Of a stretch of 64,000 nt of DNA, positions 37,651-47,851 are shown one piece after another (position 1 is the first letter of the stretch; the number at the start of each line of letters is the position of its first letter). The notes beneath the pieces are model-generated. The model was not told the DNA's origin, ran no database searches, and worked only from the letters and a program-made list of their open reading frames with translations. The position numbers and the translations under genes were made by a program. Source of the stretch: a virus. The DNA lies in the IMG/VR virus record IMGVR_UViG_3300032240_002557, positions 1 through 64,000 of that record; one strand, given 5' to 3'.

Positions 37651-39076
37651 AATCTAGATATTCGGTATAACCTTCTTGGAAATAATTTAATGCATCTATT
37701 CTATATTGGGATGCATCTTTTACAATCTTCTCGTTTTTCAGTGGATGCTTTTTACGATCTATTACAGAGTCCGGTATTAAGCCTTTAAACGCACGCTTTA
37801 GTATTTCCTTATTCTTTCTTAAGTCAAAAGGTAATTGGAGCGCTAGCTGGATTAATTCAAGGTTTAAAAAGGGGTTACGAAGCTCTAGCGTATGTGCCAT
37901 GCTCATTTTATCAAGTCTAGGCAGGTGATAATGAGTTAATTCATGAAAAACATCTGATCCTTGAGAATCATATTCGTTTATTCTGCGATAACCTCCAAAC
38001 ATTTCATCAGCTCCATCCCCAGATAAGACTATTCTTGTATTAGTTCCTTTCTTGATTGCATCGAAGAGAAGATACTGGGGAACTACACTTCCCATATCAA
38101 TAGGGGATTCGTTCCATCTAAAATATAATTCAGGTAAGAATTTATCAAATTCTGGGTTATTTGCATCCATTTTATAATCCAAACGATTAACTTTAATACC
38201 CCAATACTTTTCGCATTCCTCGACATATTCGTTGTCCGGTCCATTGTTAATGGTGTACCAACTGACATCTGCACCAAGCTTCATAAGCAATCCGCCTATA
38301 ATAGAGGAGTCTAATCCCCCGGAGAGCAAGATAGAGATTGGATAATCCAAGCTTAATAGCCTATTTTTTGTCGATAGCTCAACTTTATTCCAAACCCAAT
38401 CAAGTAATCCATCTTCAGAATCAAATTGAAATATGGGCGCTTTAAATGCGAAATAAGGGCCATATTCTTGTTTGAAAGCCGGAGCAGCAAAATTCCACTT
38501 ATAAATGAAGTTTGGCTTTAGCTTTGTGATGTTTTCAAATGGCGTAGATTCATTAGAAACGTATCCCCATTTTCTAACACCCCCCATAAATGATTGATCA
38601 ACAAAAGAGTCTTCGTCAATTAATCCTTTCATCTCTGAGCATATTTCGCCCTTGTCGTTATAATAAAGACATTTCTTTCCTAGTGGATCAGTAAAGCAAA
38701 TAACTTCTTTTTTGGACATGTCAACTAGACAAATAGCCCAAAATCCATCCCAATTCTTTATATGAGGCTCGTATAATGCAGTAAACATCTCCAAGGATGC
38801 AAAGCTGAAGGTAGAGAACAGATTTACCAAGTATTCTGTGTCGGATCCAAAATCTGGGGGATAATTAAATATTTCCCCATTAAATAATAAATAGCGATCT
38901 TTTGATAACTCCACTGGTTGGATCCATCCATCACCGATAGCAGTCTGAATTGGTAACCTGTGATGACAAAGGGTTAAACCGCTGGCATCAGAATGTGTGT
39001 AATACTCTATCCCTCTATGAGCTATAGACTTAATTCTCTCCTCTGAAGGATTATGGGCAATAAGGATTCCACACAT
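37637..39076 (-). CDS. asnB: Asparagine synthetase B-like glutamine amidotransferase
   Basis: N-terminal MCGI (Ntn Cys), HHRL, FNGEIFNY, LLSGGLDSS, SGDGADEMFGGY. Confidence 0.9.
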   Translation of the reverse strand: MCGILIAHNPSEERIKSIAHRGIEYYTHSDASGLTLCHHRLPIQTAIGDGWIQPVELSKDRYLLFNGEIFNYPPDFGSDTEYLVNLFSTFSFASLEMFTALYEPHIKNWDGFWAICLVDMSKKEVICFTDPLGKKCLYYNDKGEICSEMKGLIDEDSFVDQSFMGGVRKWGYVSNESTPFENITKLKPNFIYKWNFAAPAFKQEYGPYFAFKAPIFQFDSEDGLLDWVWNKVELSTKNRLLSLDYPISILLSGGLDSSIIGGLLMKLGADVSWYTINNGPDNEYVEECEKYWGIKVNRLDYKMDANNPEFDKFLPELYFRWNESPIDMGSVVPQYLLFDAIKKGTNTRIVLSGDGADEMFGGYRRINEYDSQGSDVFHELTHYHLPRLDKMSMAHTLELRNPFLNLELIQLALQLPFDLRKNKEILKRAFKGLIPDSVIDRKKHPLKNEKIVKDASQYRIDALNYFQEGYTEYLDSKIV

Positions 39077-39615
39077 TATTTTAGATTTTTTATTATTGAT
39101 TGAAAATTAGAAAGAGATTCGGTGTCGAATTTATTTTCTAGCATAACTATTTTAACCCCCTTAGGAGATAGGTATTCTATGAATTCTAGAAATAGTTCTT
39201 TTTCCTCCGGTATTCTAGCATCCATATTATCCCAAACGTCTTTGGATCTTTCCTCCGTCGATGTTCCGGTTATGTATACAAATTGGGATCTTTTGAAAAG
39301 ATCCTGCTCCACCATATAATCCAATTCTTTAAAAACAGATTTTTTAGATACTCTCTTGTTTAGTATTCCCCAAACAGAATTAGTGATTACCCCTCTGTCC
39401 ATAATCAATGGACTTAAGAATCCATCTCTGTTTAACTGGTGTACCATTAATTCTTTACCTAGTCCGAGGTGATGCGTTTTATCCCCAGTAGCTGGCAAGC
39501 TTAAAGAATTGTATAGATTATTAAAGTCGAATTTGAATATAGGAACCCAGCTTTGTGAGTTAACAAAGAATGTCTTTCCTGACTTTCTGGCTCCTTCTAC
39601 AACAATAAGGGACAT
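39076..39615 (-). CDS. P-loop (d)NMP kinase-like protein
   Basis: IVVEGARKSGKT Walker A and IMDRG (thymidylate-kinase-like); translationally coupled to asnB. Confidence 0.65.
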   Translation of the reverse strand: MSLIVVEGARKSGKTFFVNSQSWVPIFKFDFNNLYNSLSLPATGDKTHHLGLGKELMVHQLNRDGFLSPLIMDRGVITNSVWGILNKRVSKKSVFKELDYMVEQDLFKRSQFVYITGTSTEERSKDVWDNMDARIPEEKELFLEFIEYLSPKGVKIVMLENKFDTESLSNFQSIIKNLK

Positions 39616-39663
39616 AAAATTTATATTTTATATCCCTAAATGTATTTATGTTTCGCGAGAAAA

Positions 39664-41847
39664 CTACGACAGAACTGAGACAAATTTCTTTCTAAAAGCG
39701 TCTATATCATCATTTACCCCGCCATACCAAGTTGACAATTTACTTGCTAAATGCTTATCTAAAGATTTTGAATATACTGTCTTGTAAGCTTTACTTAAGA
39801 TGCTAATTGAATCACTGCTCCAATTAATACAATCCTTACATGCTCTGCCTGGGTCAGAATCGAATTTACCAAAAGCAACAGCGTATTTAACAGGAACACC
39901 CGATTTCATCAGAATTGATAACCTATCTTTACTGCCATCGTTACCCTTGAATTCATCATTCTTTATGCTATAAAATCCTAGCATCTTATCAAACAATCTT
40001 AATGCCGTTCCGTTTGCATAGAACCTAATTCCATTTGCTGTTGCTACTGCCATTTGACCATTCTTGCCATAATCTGGATTTTCCGTTGCTCCTATCTCTT
40101 TAAGTTCTTTAACTGCTTGTTCTTTAGACCATTCTTGTTTTGCTTTAGCAACTGCATCATCGATCTGCTTCTTAACAGAGCCTGAAGAAATCTTTGGTGC
40201 AGCTTTCATGATTTCTTTAGCGTTCTTATTAAGAGTGCTTTTTGCTGCTTTAACATCTTCTTTTGTTGTTGGCTTAGGGCCATCACCGCTGGTTCTTCCA
40301 ACAGAAGCTTCTGCAGCTTTCAGATTGAATTCTTCCGAAACAGAAAAGGACTCTTTTAATTTATCGTCATGTGATGAAATCTTATCTATTAATTCTTGCG
40401 TGATATCACTAGATTTATCCTTAAGCTCAAATCCATTTTTTAGATATTTAATAAGAGCATCTGTTGATTTTCCAAAAATGCCATCTGTACCGTATTTAGC
40501 AAATTTGTCATATTCTTCAGATTTTCCTTTCAATCCCTTCATTTTGTCAATTGTCAGTTTTTGAAATTTCTTAATGTTATCCTTATCCTTGCTTCCTCTT
40601 TTGATTGGTTCTTTTATCTGAAGATCACTCTTAGTCGTCCCGCCATCTTTCTTACCTGCTTCTTCCTCCTTTTTCTTAGCATCCTCTGCTTGTTTCTTTG
40701 CAGTATCAACTTGGAGTTTAATTTTATAATTATTCATAGCAGTATCTGCCTCAATCTGTAAAGCCTTCTTAGCTCCTTCTGCTCTGTCTAAATGATCTTG
40801 CAAAGTAGGGACTGCGATTAATACATTAGAATAATCCGCTGATGCTTGTACTTCTGATTTATATGCTGTATTGAACTCTTCTAATTCGTTATTAAACAAT
40901 GCAACAACAGCATTTAATCTCTCTCTTTCAGCCCCCCAATTAACACCCTTTGGATCGATCCCTTCACCAAATTTAGTTTCAAGCGAATTAACTCTCTTGT
41001 AAATATTATTGAAAGCAGCTTCTTTATCTAAAGCTTTTAAATTTCTTTCACCTGGATTATTTCTAGCACTTGCTATTGTGTTCATTACAGAATCAAGTCT
41101 AGCTTTTAAAGATTCAATATTTGTAATAAAATCTTTTTTATCCCTGTTCGTTTTTCTGTCCTCCTTAGATCCAATTACAAAATCAAAAATACCTTCGTTT
41201 ACTATTTTAGAATATGTTTTAAAATCAACGCAGATGCTGCTATTAGAAAGATGCTCTAAAACGTTATCTGAATTGTATGAAACATCCTGATATGCAGATT
41301 CTTGAATTTTTATATCGTCGGAAAAAGCCTTGATATATTTTTGAAGAGCTAATTGTACTTCATCAGTCTGCTGTCCTATCACATCTCCAACCTCTTTTGC
41401 TTTTTTGGTAATATCATCTATTGCAGCAGTTTCTTCTGCTACCATTTTATTGAACTCTGAAAGCCATTCTTCAAATATTTTAGGATCATATTCTTTCTCT
41501 TGAGCAATCTCTTTTTTAAATCGATCATACTCAGCAACTATACCAGGTAAAACAACACTATTAACCTGAATATCTACGTTTTTAACAGTATCAATTTTAG
41601 CTCCAATTGCAGCTAAATTTGTTTTAAAAGATCTTCTAAAATCCCTTGCAACTTTAGTCGGCGGGTACGTAGACACTGCATATCCGAAATTGCTGATCAA
41701 TTCTTGAGTTATCTTGATCATAGTTCTTGCATAAGCTACATAGCCAAGTCCTTTATCAACGCTTGCTTCAGTAATGCTAGGGTGTACGTAACCTTCAGCT
41801 TTTTTTACAAGGCTTTCAAATAGTGGATTTACGATTTCGTTTCTCAT
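39664..41847 (-). CDS. Putative internal head/ejection protein with peptidoglycan-binding-like domain
   Basis: NPLFE|S leader, coiled coils, IKRGSK...IKKFQKL...DGIFGKST motif, internal DFKTYSKIVNE|GIFDF. Confidence 0.6.
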   Translation of the reverse strand: MRNEIVNPLFESLVKKAEGYVHPSITEASVDKGLGYVAYARTMIKITQELISNFGYAVSTYPPTKVARDFRRSFKTNLAAIGAKIDTVKNVDIQVNSVVLPGIVAEYDRFKKEIAQEKEYDPKIFEEWLSEFNKMVAEETAAIDDITKKAKEVGDVIGQQTDEVQLALQKYIKAFSDDIKIQESAYQDVSYNSDNVLEHLSNSSICVDFKTYSKIVNEGIFDFVIGSKEDRKTNRDKKDFITNIESLKARLDSVMNTIASARNNPGERNLKALDKEAAFNNIYKRVNSLETKFGEGIDPKGVNWGAERERLNAVVALFNNELEEFNTAYKSEVQASADYSNVLIAVPTLQDHLDRAEGAKKALQIEADTAMNNYKIKLQVDTAKKQAEDAKKKEEEAGKKDGGTTKSDLQIKEPIKRGSKDKDNIKKFQKLTIDKMKGLKGKSEEYDKFAKYGTDGIFGKSTDALIKYLKNGFELKDKSSDITQELIDKISSHDDKLKESFSVSEEFNLKAAEASVGRTSGDGPKPTTKEDVKAAKSTLNKNAKEIMKAAPKISSGSVKKQIDDAVAKAKQEWSKEQAVKELKEIGATENPDYGKNGQMAVATANGIRFYANGTALRLFDKMLGFYSIKNDEFKGNDGSKDRLSILMKSGVPVKYAVAFGKFDSDPGRACKDCINWSSDSISILSKAYKTVYSKSLDKHLASKLSTWYGGVNDDIDAFRKKFVSVLS

Positions 41848-42704
41848 TGTATTGTTCTTTTTACTTTCATTTTAAGTACGGATAACTTGTTGTTTAAATC
41901 AAGTAATGCTCTTTTATGTGCATCATTTAATTTATTTATTTGTTCTTCTGATAATCTATAAGAAGGTATATCACCACCCCTATAGGCTTTAGTTTTCAAA
42001 GATTTAAGATACATGATCTTTTCTTTATGCTTAGCATCAAAATCAACTTTCATAATTTGACCATCTTCAAGCATTTTTGCTAAATCTTTCTTAGGTAATG
42101 AATTGATGTCTTGAATGAATTCATTCAGAGGTTTATCAAACATACCCATAGTATATTCATCGTAATCTTCGTATGAAAATTCTCTATCCGAAAAACTTGG
42201 TCTAGAATTAACTTTCTGAGCTTGATCGTCCAGCTCTTTCCAGTGATTATAAAATTGTTCTTCATAATTATAATCTTTAAATCTTTTAGATTTTTCGTAT
42301 GCATATTGAGCTATTCTAGAATCTGCCTGAGCTTTCTCTTTATTATAAAAGGCTATTAGATCTGCATTCTTTTTGCATATTCTAGCAGCTTGATTTCCTA
42401 GAACCTTTACCTCTGCTGATTTTGCTGATTTTAGAGCATCTAATGCTCTTCTTGCCATAAATCCTTTATGCTTTGCATCGGTCATTTCTACAGGATTTCC
42501 TTTCCTCTGAGATTCACTAGAGAATACTATATAATTCAATTCATCAGATTGATCTAAGAATTTCTTTTCAAGCGCTTCCATATTAGAAATAAGGGCTGAA
42601 AGCTTTTGCTTGTCACCTCTAATAAACGAAGCAGCACCGCCTATAAGATCTTTTAATATGCCTTCGTTTATTCTACTTGATATGAAGTCTGAGTATTTCT
42701 TCAT
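41844..42704 (-). CDS. Putative internal head protein (helical)
   Basis: MKKYSDFISSRINE|GILKDLIGG; related to 42707..43876. Confidence 0.6.
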   Translation of the reverse strand: MKKYSDFISSRINEGILKDLIGGAASFIRGDKQKLSALISNMEALEKKFLDQSDELNYIVFSSESQRKGNPVEMTDAKHKGFMARRALDALKSAKSAEVKVLGNQAARICKKNADLIAFYNKEKAQADSRIAQYAYEKSKRFKDYNYEEQFYNHWKELDDQAQKVNSRPSFSDREFSYEDYDEYTMGMFDKPLNEFIQDINSLPKKDLAKMLEDGQIMKVDFDAKHKEKIMYLKSLKTKAYRGGDIPSYRLSEEQINKLNDAHKRALLDLNNKLSVLKMKVKRTIQ

Positions 42705-42706
42705 TA

Positions 42707-43876
42707 TTACGCAGCTTGCTTAATTTTTTCTTCAACTTCTGCCAAAACCCCTTCAATATCCGATGCCTCTCTGTAGATATTATCTTTATAATCTTTTATA
42801 CTATCAGGATTGTCTGCATTAGGTGTATTCTTAACTGGATACTCAATAAATTTCAATCTACTTACTCTTCTTTCAGCTTCTTTCAGTTTTGTTAGACATT
42901 TATCCTTAATCTGAACGTTTTCATTATCTGCTGTCTTAACTACTGATATTTTAGAAATTGCTATGTTCATCAGATTCATACAAATCTTTTTAAGATCGTC
43001 GAATGTTCTTTCTCTGTTTCTGTATTTATTAATTCCCCAGGCTTTAGTCTCAACAGATTTTTTCATCTCTTCAGATTCTTTCTTAATAAAATCGCTCAAT
43101 TCTTTAACTGATGCTAGGATCTCTTTTGAATAAGTCTCAAACACATTCTTAATTTTCTCAGAAGGCATTTTAGTAGTTTCATCTTTAGCTCCTAAATCTG
43201 TTTTGATCTTGTTTAAATCGTCTTGTGATTTTTTAAGGTCTTCTTCTGCTTTTTTAGGATCGCCTAACATATCCTGTATGCCTTTTAAGTACCCTTCTTC
43301 GTCAGAGGCAGCAACTAATTTCTTTTTAAATTCTGCTCTCATCTTCTTAGTCTCTACTGAATCCTCTGCTCTCTTTAAATTGTAATACTCAGATTTTCTA
43401 TTATTCTTCTTTGTTAGAATATTCACTTGTTTTTCTAATTCATCCATAATAGAATTATGCGATGATACTAAATCTTTTAATAACTTTTGGACTTTAACAA
43501 GTTTAACCCGAATCGAATCAAGTTCTGTTTTATCAGCTTTATCCATTCTTAGCTGAGCAAGTGCAGAGCTTAGCTTATAAAATTTATTCTCTGTTTCATG
43601 CTCGTCCTTAATGAACTTGATCTCTTCATCTTTCATTTGCTGAAGGATTTTGTCTATCTTACCTATATCACCTCCTAAATTCTTGGAAAGAAAATTCATA
43701 ATTTTATCCCCAATACCCTCGTTAATTCTATAAAGATTTTCACAAAGTACATCTTCATCAACTTTTGAATATTTACCGTTCATCAACTTCATCTTGGCAA
43801 TATCAACGTTACCGTATGATTCAATGATTGCTTTTTTACAATCTTCGTAAAAATTAAAATTTTCTAATAATTCCAT
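42707..43876 (-). CDS. Putative internal head protein (coiled coil)
   Basis: RINE|GIGDKIMNFLSKNLGGD; GGATATATAA upstream. Confidence 0.6.
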   Translation of the reverse strand: MELLENFNFYEDCKKAIIESYGNVDIAKMKLMNGKYSKVDEDVLCENLYRINEGIGDKIMNFLSKNLGGDIGKIDKILQQMKDEEIKFIKDEHETENKFYKLSSALAQLRMDKADKTELDSIRVKLVKVQKLLKDLVSSHNSIMDELEKQVNILTKKNNRKSEYYNLKRAEDSVETKKMRAEFKKKLVAASDEEGYLKGIQDMLGDPKKAEEDLKKSQDDLNKIKTDLGAKDETTKMPSEKIKNVFETYSKEILASVKELSDFIKKESEEMKKSVETKAWGINKYRNRERTFDDLKKICMNLMNIAISKISVVKTADNENVQIKDKCLTKLKEAERRVSRLKFIEYPVKNTPNADNPDSIKDYKDNIYREASDIEGVLAEVEEKIKQAA

Positions 43877-43891
43877 CTTACAACTTTTTCT

Positions 43892-43901
43892 TTATATATC
43901 C
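43892..43901 (-). promoter_or_regulatory. Candidate late promoter GGATATATAA
   Basis: Restarts transcription immediately after the capsid terminator. Confidence 0.7.
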
Positions 43902-43924
43902 CAACCCCAAAGGGAAAGGCAATA

Positions 43925-43952
43925 AAAAACCCCTGATCTCTCAGGGGTTTTT
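43925..43952. terminator. Rho-independent terminator after the major capsid gene (potentially bidirectional)
   Basis: AAAAACCCCTGA-TCTC-TCAGGGGTTTTT perfect inverted repeat. Confidence 0.88.
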
Positions 43953-43976
43953 CTATTTTAGGTGAATCGATTAAGA

Positions 43977-45719
43977 TTAAGCGATACCGCCTGCTGGCAC
44001 TTGAGCGAAGAAAGTCAAGTACATAGTTTGAGGGTGGTGTCCAGCCTCTACTAATGCATATCTTGATTTTACTGCGATCTTTGGTGACATTGTACCTTCA
44101 GAGATAGTCTGAATTGATTCAGCCATCATGTAAGGCATAAATTTGATACCTGGTTCGTCATCAGCACCTTTTCTTCCAATCAATACTCTCGTATCTCCGA
44201 AAGACATGTTTTGATCAACATAAACAGTCATACCAGCGATTGAACCAACTGGGTATAAAGTACCGTTATTTTGAGTTAACGTGTTTGTGAAAGGAGCGAA
44301 TGTGAATTGGCTGATATCTTGTAAAGCAGAAGCTACTTGAGAGTTAGTAACGATGAAGTTAGCAGGTCCTCTTCTTCCTCTGTTTGCTACTACGTTAGCA
44401 GCAGCTAAGATTCTTGAGAATAATCTTCTTTGAATAGTTGATTGGTTCTCGTATCCGCCTGAAGCAGGTCCATCAGGTTGGTTGATAGTAACTGATCCGT
44501 TATCCTTACCGATGTAAGACTTATCGTTACCAGATCCACCGATCTCTAATGTGATGTTTAATGAGTTGTTAGATGCACCACCTAATTCAGTGTTTGCAAA
44601 CTCATAGTGGTTAGACCATCCTAAAGCAAATGCTCTAGATAAGATGTGCTTGTTAATAGCTTGAGAAACCTCGTTAACAAGTGCGTTCTCGATCATAGAA
44701 ACTACGTCGATACCGAATTGCTTGTTCAAATCTTGGATTTGCTCAGTAGTAACAGAAGCAGCAACTTGGAATGTACCAGCCTCTACAAACTTAGTGAATG
44801 TAGAAAGACCTAATGACTTGAAGTAAGTGCTTTCTGCAGTTCCTCTTGACATTGGATCGTAAGCCTTAGTACCATCTACGTATGGTCCTTGCCATGCTGC
44901 TGTGTTATCTAAACCAGCACCAGTAAATCCTTGTACGTGATCTTCTAAAGTTTTAACTAAAGTAGCCGCGCCATTTGAATAACCTGCTGTTGCAGAAGCT
45001 GTGAAGCTTGAACCGCCCCAAGTACCTGAATAGATAACAGAGTTAGCGTTAACTGCATCAGCGATTGAATAACCAGCAGATAATGCAGTAACTTGGAAAA
45101 TAGGGAAACCGTCAATTCTTGAATTACCGATGAACTTAGCAACTAATTTGCTAGTACCACCTGTAACTGATACAGAACCTGATAATCCGCTAGCACCGAT
45201 CAAATAGTTTGTACCAACTGTTAAACCAACAACTGGAGAAGCTACTGATGTAGGAACTTTGATTAAATCAGGAGCGTTAGCTGTGTTAGGAGATGTAGTA
45301 TCAGTACCGGTTAATTTACCGCCTGCATATACATAATCTAAGTAAGATAATACGCCTGTAGGACCAGACATTGGGATAACTGGAACGATATCAAAACCTA
45401 CTGTTTTAGCAGCTACTTGAATAGCTAAAGGTAAAAGAGAAGGGAATTTATCGCCAGAACCAAGACCTGTTCCAGAATAAGAACCGCCAGCATAGAAACC
45501 AGCAGCACCACCGTTCAAACCTACGTTTGAAGCTGGAGATACTTGGCCCATACCGTTTAATACGCCTAGAGAGTTATACGCTCCGGCAGATTCGTTTAGA
45601 GAGTGATAGTGGCAATATGTTGTTAACCAGTCTAATTTTCCTCTCTCTTGAATACCTGTTTTGCTCTCTAAGATAGGAGCCCAGGTTTCATAGATTTCAT
45701 GTTTGTTAATTAGTTGCAT
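43977..45719 (-). CDS. gp23: Major capsid protein (T4 gp23-like)
   Basis: WAPIL, FDIVPVIPMSGPTG, TTEQIQDL...GID, IANRGRRG-type VANRGRRGPANFIV, FMPY...MSPKIAVKSRYAL; strong codon bias; followed by a terminator. Confidence 0.93.
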   Translation of the reverse strand: MQLINKHEIYETWAPILESKTGIQERGKLDWLTTYCHYHSLNESAGAYNSLGVLNGMGQVSPASNVGLNGGAAGFYAGGSYSGTGLGSGDKFPSLLPLAIQVAAKTVGFDIVPVIPMSGPTGVLSYLDYVYAGGKLTGTDTTSPNTANAPDLIKVPTSVASPVVGLTVGTNYLIGASGLSGSVSVTGGTSKLVAKFIGNSRIDGFPIFQVTALSAGYSIADAVNANSVIYSGTWGGSSFTASATAGYSNGAATLVKTLEDHVQGFTGAGLDNTAAWQGPYVDGTKAYDPMSRGTAESTYFKSLGLSTFTKFVEAGTFQVAASVTTEQIQDLNKQFGIDVVSMIENALVNEVSQAINKHILSRAFALGWSNHYEFANTELGGASNNSLNITLEIGGSGNDKSYIGKDNGSVTINQPDGPASGGYENQSTIQRRLFSRILAAANVVANRGRRGPANFIVTNSQVASALQDISQFTFAPFTNTLTQNNGTLYPVGSIAGMTVYVDQNMSFGDTRVLIGRKGADDEPGIKFMPYMMAESIQTISEGTMSPKIAVKSRYALVEAGHHPQTMYLTFFAQVPAGGIA

Positions 45720-45732
45720 TGTTTTATGTAAC

Positions 45733-47805
45733 TTATTTTTTAAATCTAACTTCTAGTGCTTCTGAAAGATTTTTTAAATACTCGCTGGAAACACCTTTTG
45801 GTTGATTCTCTTGTTTTTGGGATTCGTCTATTCTTTCGACGTTTGCCTTAGATGCACCGATACCTCTTGTTGCCCAGAAATTCTGGATTTGATAAGGTGT
45901 GTCTAATTTATAGAATTTGCTCTGTGCCATGATTGAAGCTTTTTGACCCTCATTCATTGACTCCCAAGAGTTTCTATATTTTTCTGGCATAAGATCTAGG
46001 AATTTTTCACCTGATTGATTTTGCTCATTTAAGGTTTTACCCATGATATCAATTACCTCTTTTTCGGATGAGTAATTGCTCTCGTTAAGTGCTTTTGCTG
46101 CCTTTTGTTTTTGGCCTTCGTGCATTGCTAAGAATTGATCTTGATTCTCTTTGCTCATAAGCTTTAAGAAAGGATAATTTTTTTGCTCTGCTATTTGTTC
46201 TGTCTTTTGTTTATTGACAGTTTCTAACAAGTTGTCTATTTTAGAAGAAATTCCAGTGTAATCACCAGCAAATCCTGAAGTGTTTGCACTTTCAGAAATA
46301 GCTTTAGTTACTGCTTCTTTAACTTCTTTTGTTCCGTTAGCTGTATTCACTGTTTCAGCAATGTATTCAGCATAACTAATATTGTTAGCTAATTTCTCAG
46401 CTAAGTATTCACTGTAATGAAGTGATTTGTCTAAATTCTCACCTAAGTAATCAGAGTAAGCTAAACCTTTATCTAGGTTTTCTGCTAAGTACTCAGAATA
46501 AGAGATATTCTTATCTAAGTTCTCTGCTAGGTATTCAGAATAAGCTAAACCTTTATCTAGGTTTTCTGCTAAGTACTCAGAATAAGAGATATTCTTATCT
46601 AAGTTCTCTGCTAAGTATTCTGCATAAGAAATGTTCTTATCTAAATTCTCAGCTACGTATTCTGTATATTTAATGTTTTTGTCTACGTTCTCTGCTACGT
46701 ATTCTGCATAAGCAATAGATTGATCAACTTTCTCTGTTAAACCTTTAACTGCTGACATGTTGCTATCAACATTCTCTGCAATATACTCAGAATAAGAAAT
46801 GTTATTGTCTAAATGCTCTGCTAAATATTTAGCATAAGAAATAGATTTATCAAGATTTTCAGCAAGATATTTTGAATATGAAGTTGTGTCTTCTAAGCTT
46901 TCAGCTAAGTATTCGCCATACTTAATAGAAGCTTCAAGGTTTTCTGCCAAATAATCAGCATATCTCTCTAACTTTTCTACTCTTTCCTCAAGGGAAGAAC
47001 TTGCTTGTGTTTTAGAAGATTCTTTAACGCCTCTTAATGATTCAATAGACCCTTTAATAGTGTCCATTTCTTTTTTAATTAGCTTAGAATATCCATTCAT
47101 TTCTTCCGCTGTAACGAAATTATTTTCCATGATTAAATTCTTATTTGGCTCCTTATTTAGAAGCTTTTGTATCTTTTCTTGATCTTTTATTCTATATATC
47201 TTAAAATTAGAGTTTTCCTCTATTCCTAAGCTTTCATTCATTAAAGGAAGACCTTTTAAAATAGATTCATTTTTAATTTTTTCACTAACTTCGTGTCCAA
47301 GACTTTCATATACTCTTTCTAATTGAGCATTTTCAAATCCAGGGTCAGCAACTAGATCGTAAGTAAAGATCTTCTTGATTTGTACTTTTTTGTTCTCTAA
47401 CACATTACCAGCTGCTCTTGAAGAGATTGAAACTGGAATACCTGCATCAACTAAAGATTTAGCAATTTTACCTGCTGGTGTATCTAAAAGTCTTACTTTA
47501 ATCCTTAATGTTCTATCGTTTTGATCATAGTTAAGTTCTTCAACTAGGTGAGAGATGTTCTTCAAAGAAACATCAAACTCTTTTGGGTGATCTAATTCAC
47601 CTACTAATCTTTTTTGCTCTATCTTTTCTTTTAAATATTGCAAATGTGGAAGATACTCTCTTTCCTCGTAGATTCTTTGATTAGAATTCTCCTTACCGAA
47701 AACTGCTGCTATCCCCTCAAGGAAATAGTCATTACCTGATTTTTCAGTCTTCAGGTTTTGCGAAGATTTTTCTAAGACTAAAACGAATTCGTTATTAAGG
47801 TTCAT
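45733..47805 (-). CDS. gp21: Prohead protease (gp21-like) fused to a scaffold domain (gp22-like)
   Basis: LEGIAAVFGKENSNQRIY, GELDHP (His), ISSRAAG (Ser), YDLVADPGF, then a long helical repeat region. Confidence 0.9.
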   Translation of the reverse strand: MNLNNEFVLVLEKSSQNLKTEKSGNDYFLEGIAAVFGKENSNQRIYEEREYLPHLQYLKEKIEQKRLVGELDHPKEFDVSLKNISHLVEELNYDQNDRTLRIKVRLLDTPAGKIAKSLVDAGIPVSISSRAAGNVLENKKVQIKKIFTYDLVADPGFENAQLERVYESLGHEVSEKIKNESILKGLPLMNESLGIEENSNFKIYRIKDQEKIQKLLNKEPNKNLIMENNFVTAEEMNGYSKLIKKEMDTIKGSIESLRGVKESSKTQASSSLEERVEKLERYADYLAENLEASIKYGEYLAESLEDTTSYSKYLAENLDKSISYAKYLAEHLDNNISYSEYIAENVDSNMSAVKGLTEKVDQSIAYAEYVAENVDKNIKYTEYVAENLDKNISYAEYLAENLDKNISYSEYLAENLDKGLAYSEYLAENLDKNISYSEYLAENLDKGLAYSDYLGENLDKSLHYSEYLAEKLANNISYAEYIAETVNTANGTKEVKEAVTKAISESANTSGFAGDYTGISSKIDNLLETVNKQKTEQIAEQKNYPFLKLMSKENQDQFLAMHEGQKQKAAKALNESNYSSEKEVIDIMGKTLNEQNQSGEKFLDLMPEKYRNSWESMNEGQKASIMAQSKFYKLDTPYQIQNFWATRGIGASKANVERIDESQKQENQPKGVSSEYLKNLSEALEVRFKK
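46350..46963 (-). repeat. About 15 tandem 14-aa repeats (YSEYLAENLDKNIS) including a near-exact 84-bp duplication
   Basis: 42-bp periodicity; the stretch beginning at 46457 recurs at 46541. Confidence 0.9.
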
Positions 47806-47824
47806 TCTAAGTTTTTTTATTTAA

Positions 47825-47834
47825 GTATATATCC
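47825..47834 (-). promoter_or_regulatory. Candidate late promoter GGATATATAC
   Basis: Upstream of the protease-capsid operon. Confidence 0.7.
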
Positions 47835-47851
47835 GTTTTTCGTTAAGCTTT

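Noticed and set aside
35492-39076. RiPP cluster (graspetide via ATP-grasp, or lasso peptide via AsnB-like cyclase)
   Set aside because: No precursor with Thr/Ser/Lys donor motifs is adjacent, and there is no lasso B protein or RRE. AsnB keeps its Ntn Cys, and the ATP-grasp is RimK-type with a RimB-like domain.
46350-46963. Regularly spaced DNA repeats resembling a CRISPR array
   Set aside because: The period is 42/84 bp and in frame, with synonymous variation and no unique spacers. It is a coding repeat in the scaffold, and no cas genes are present.
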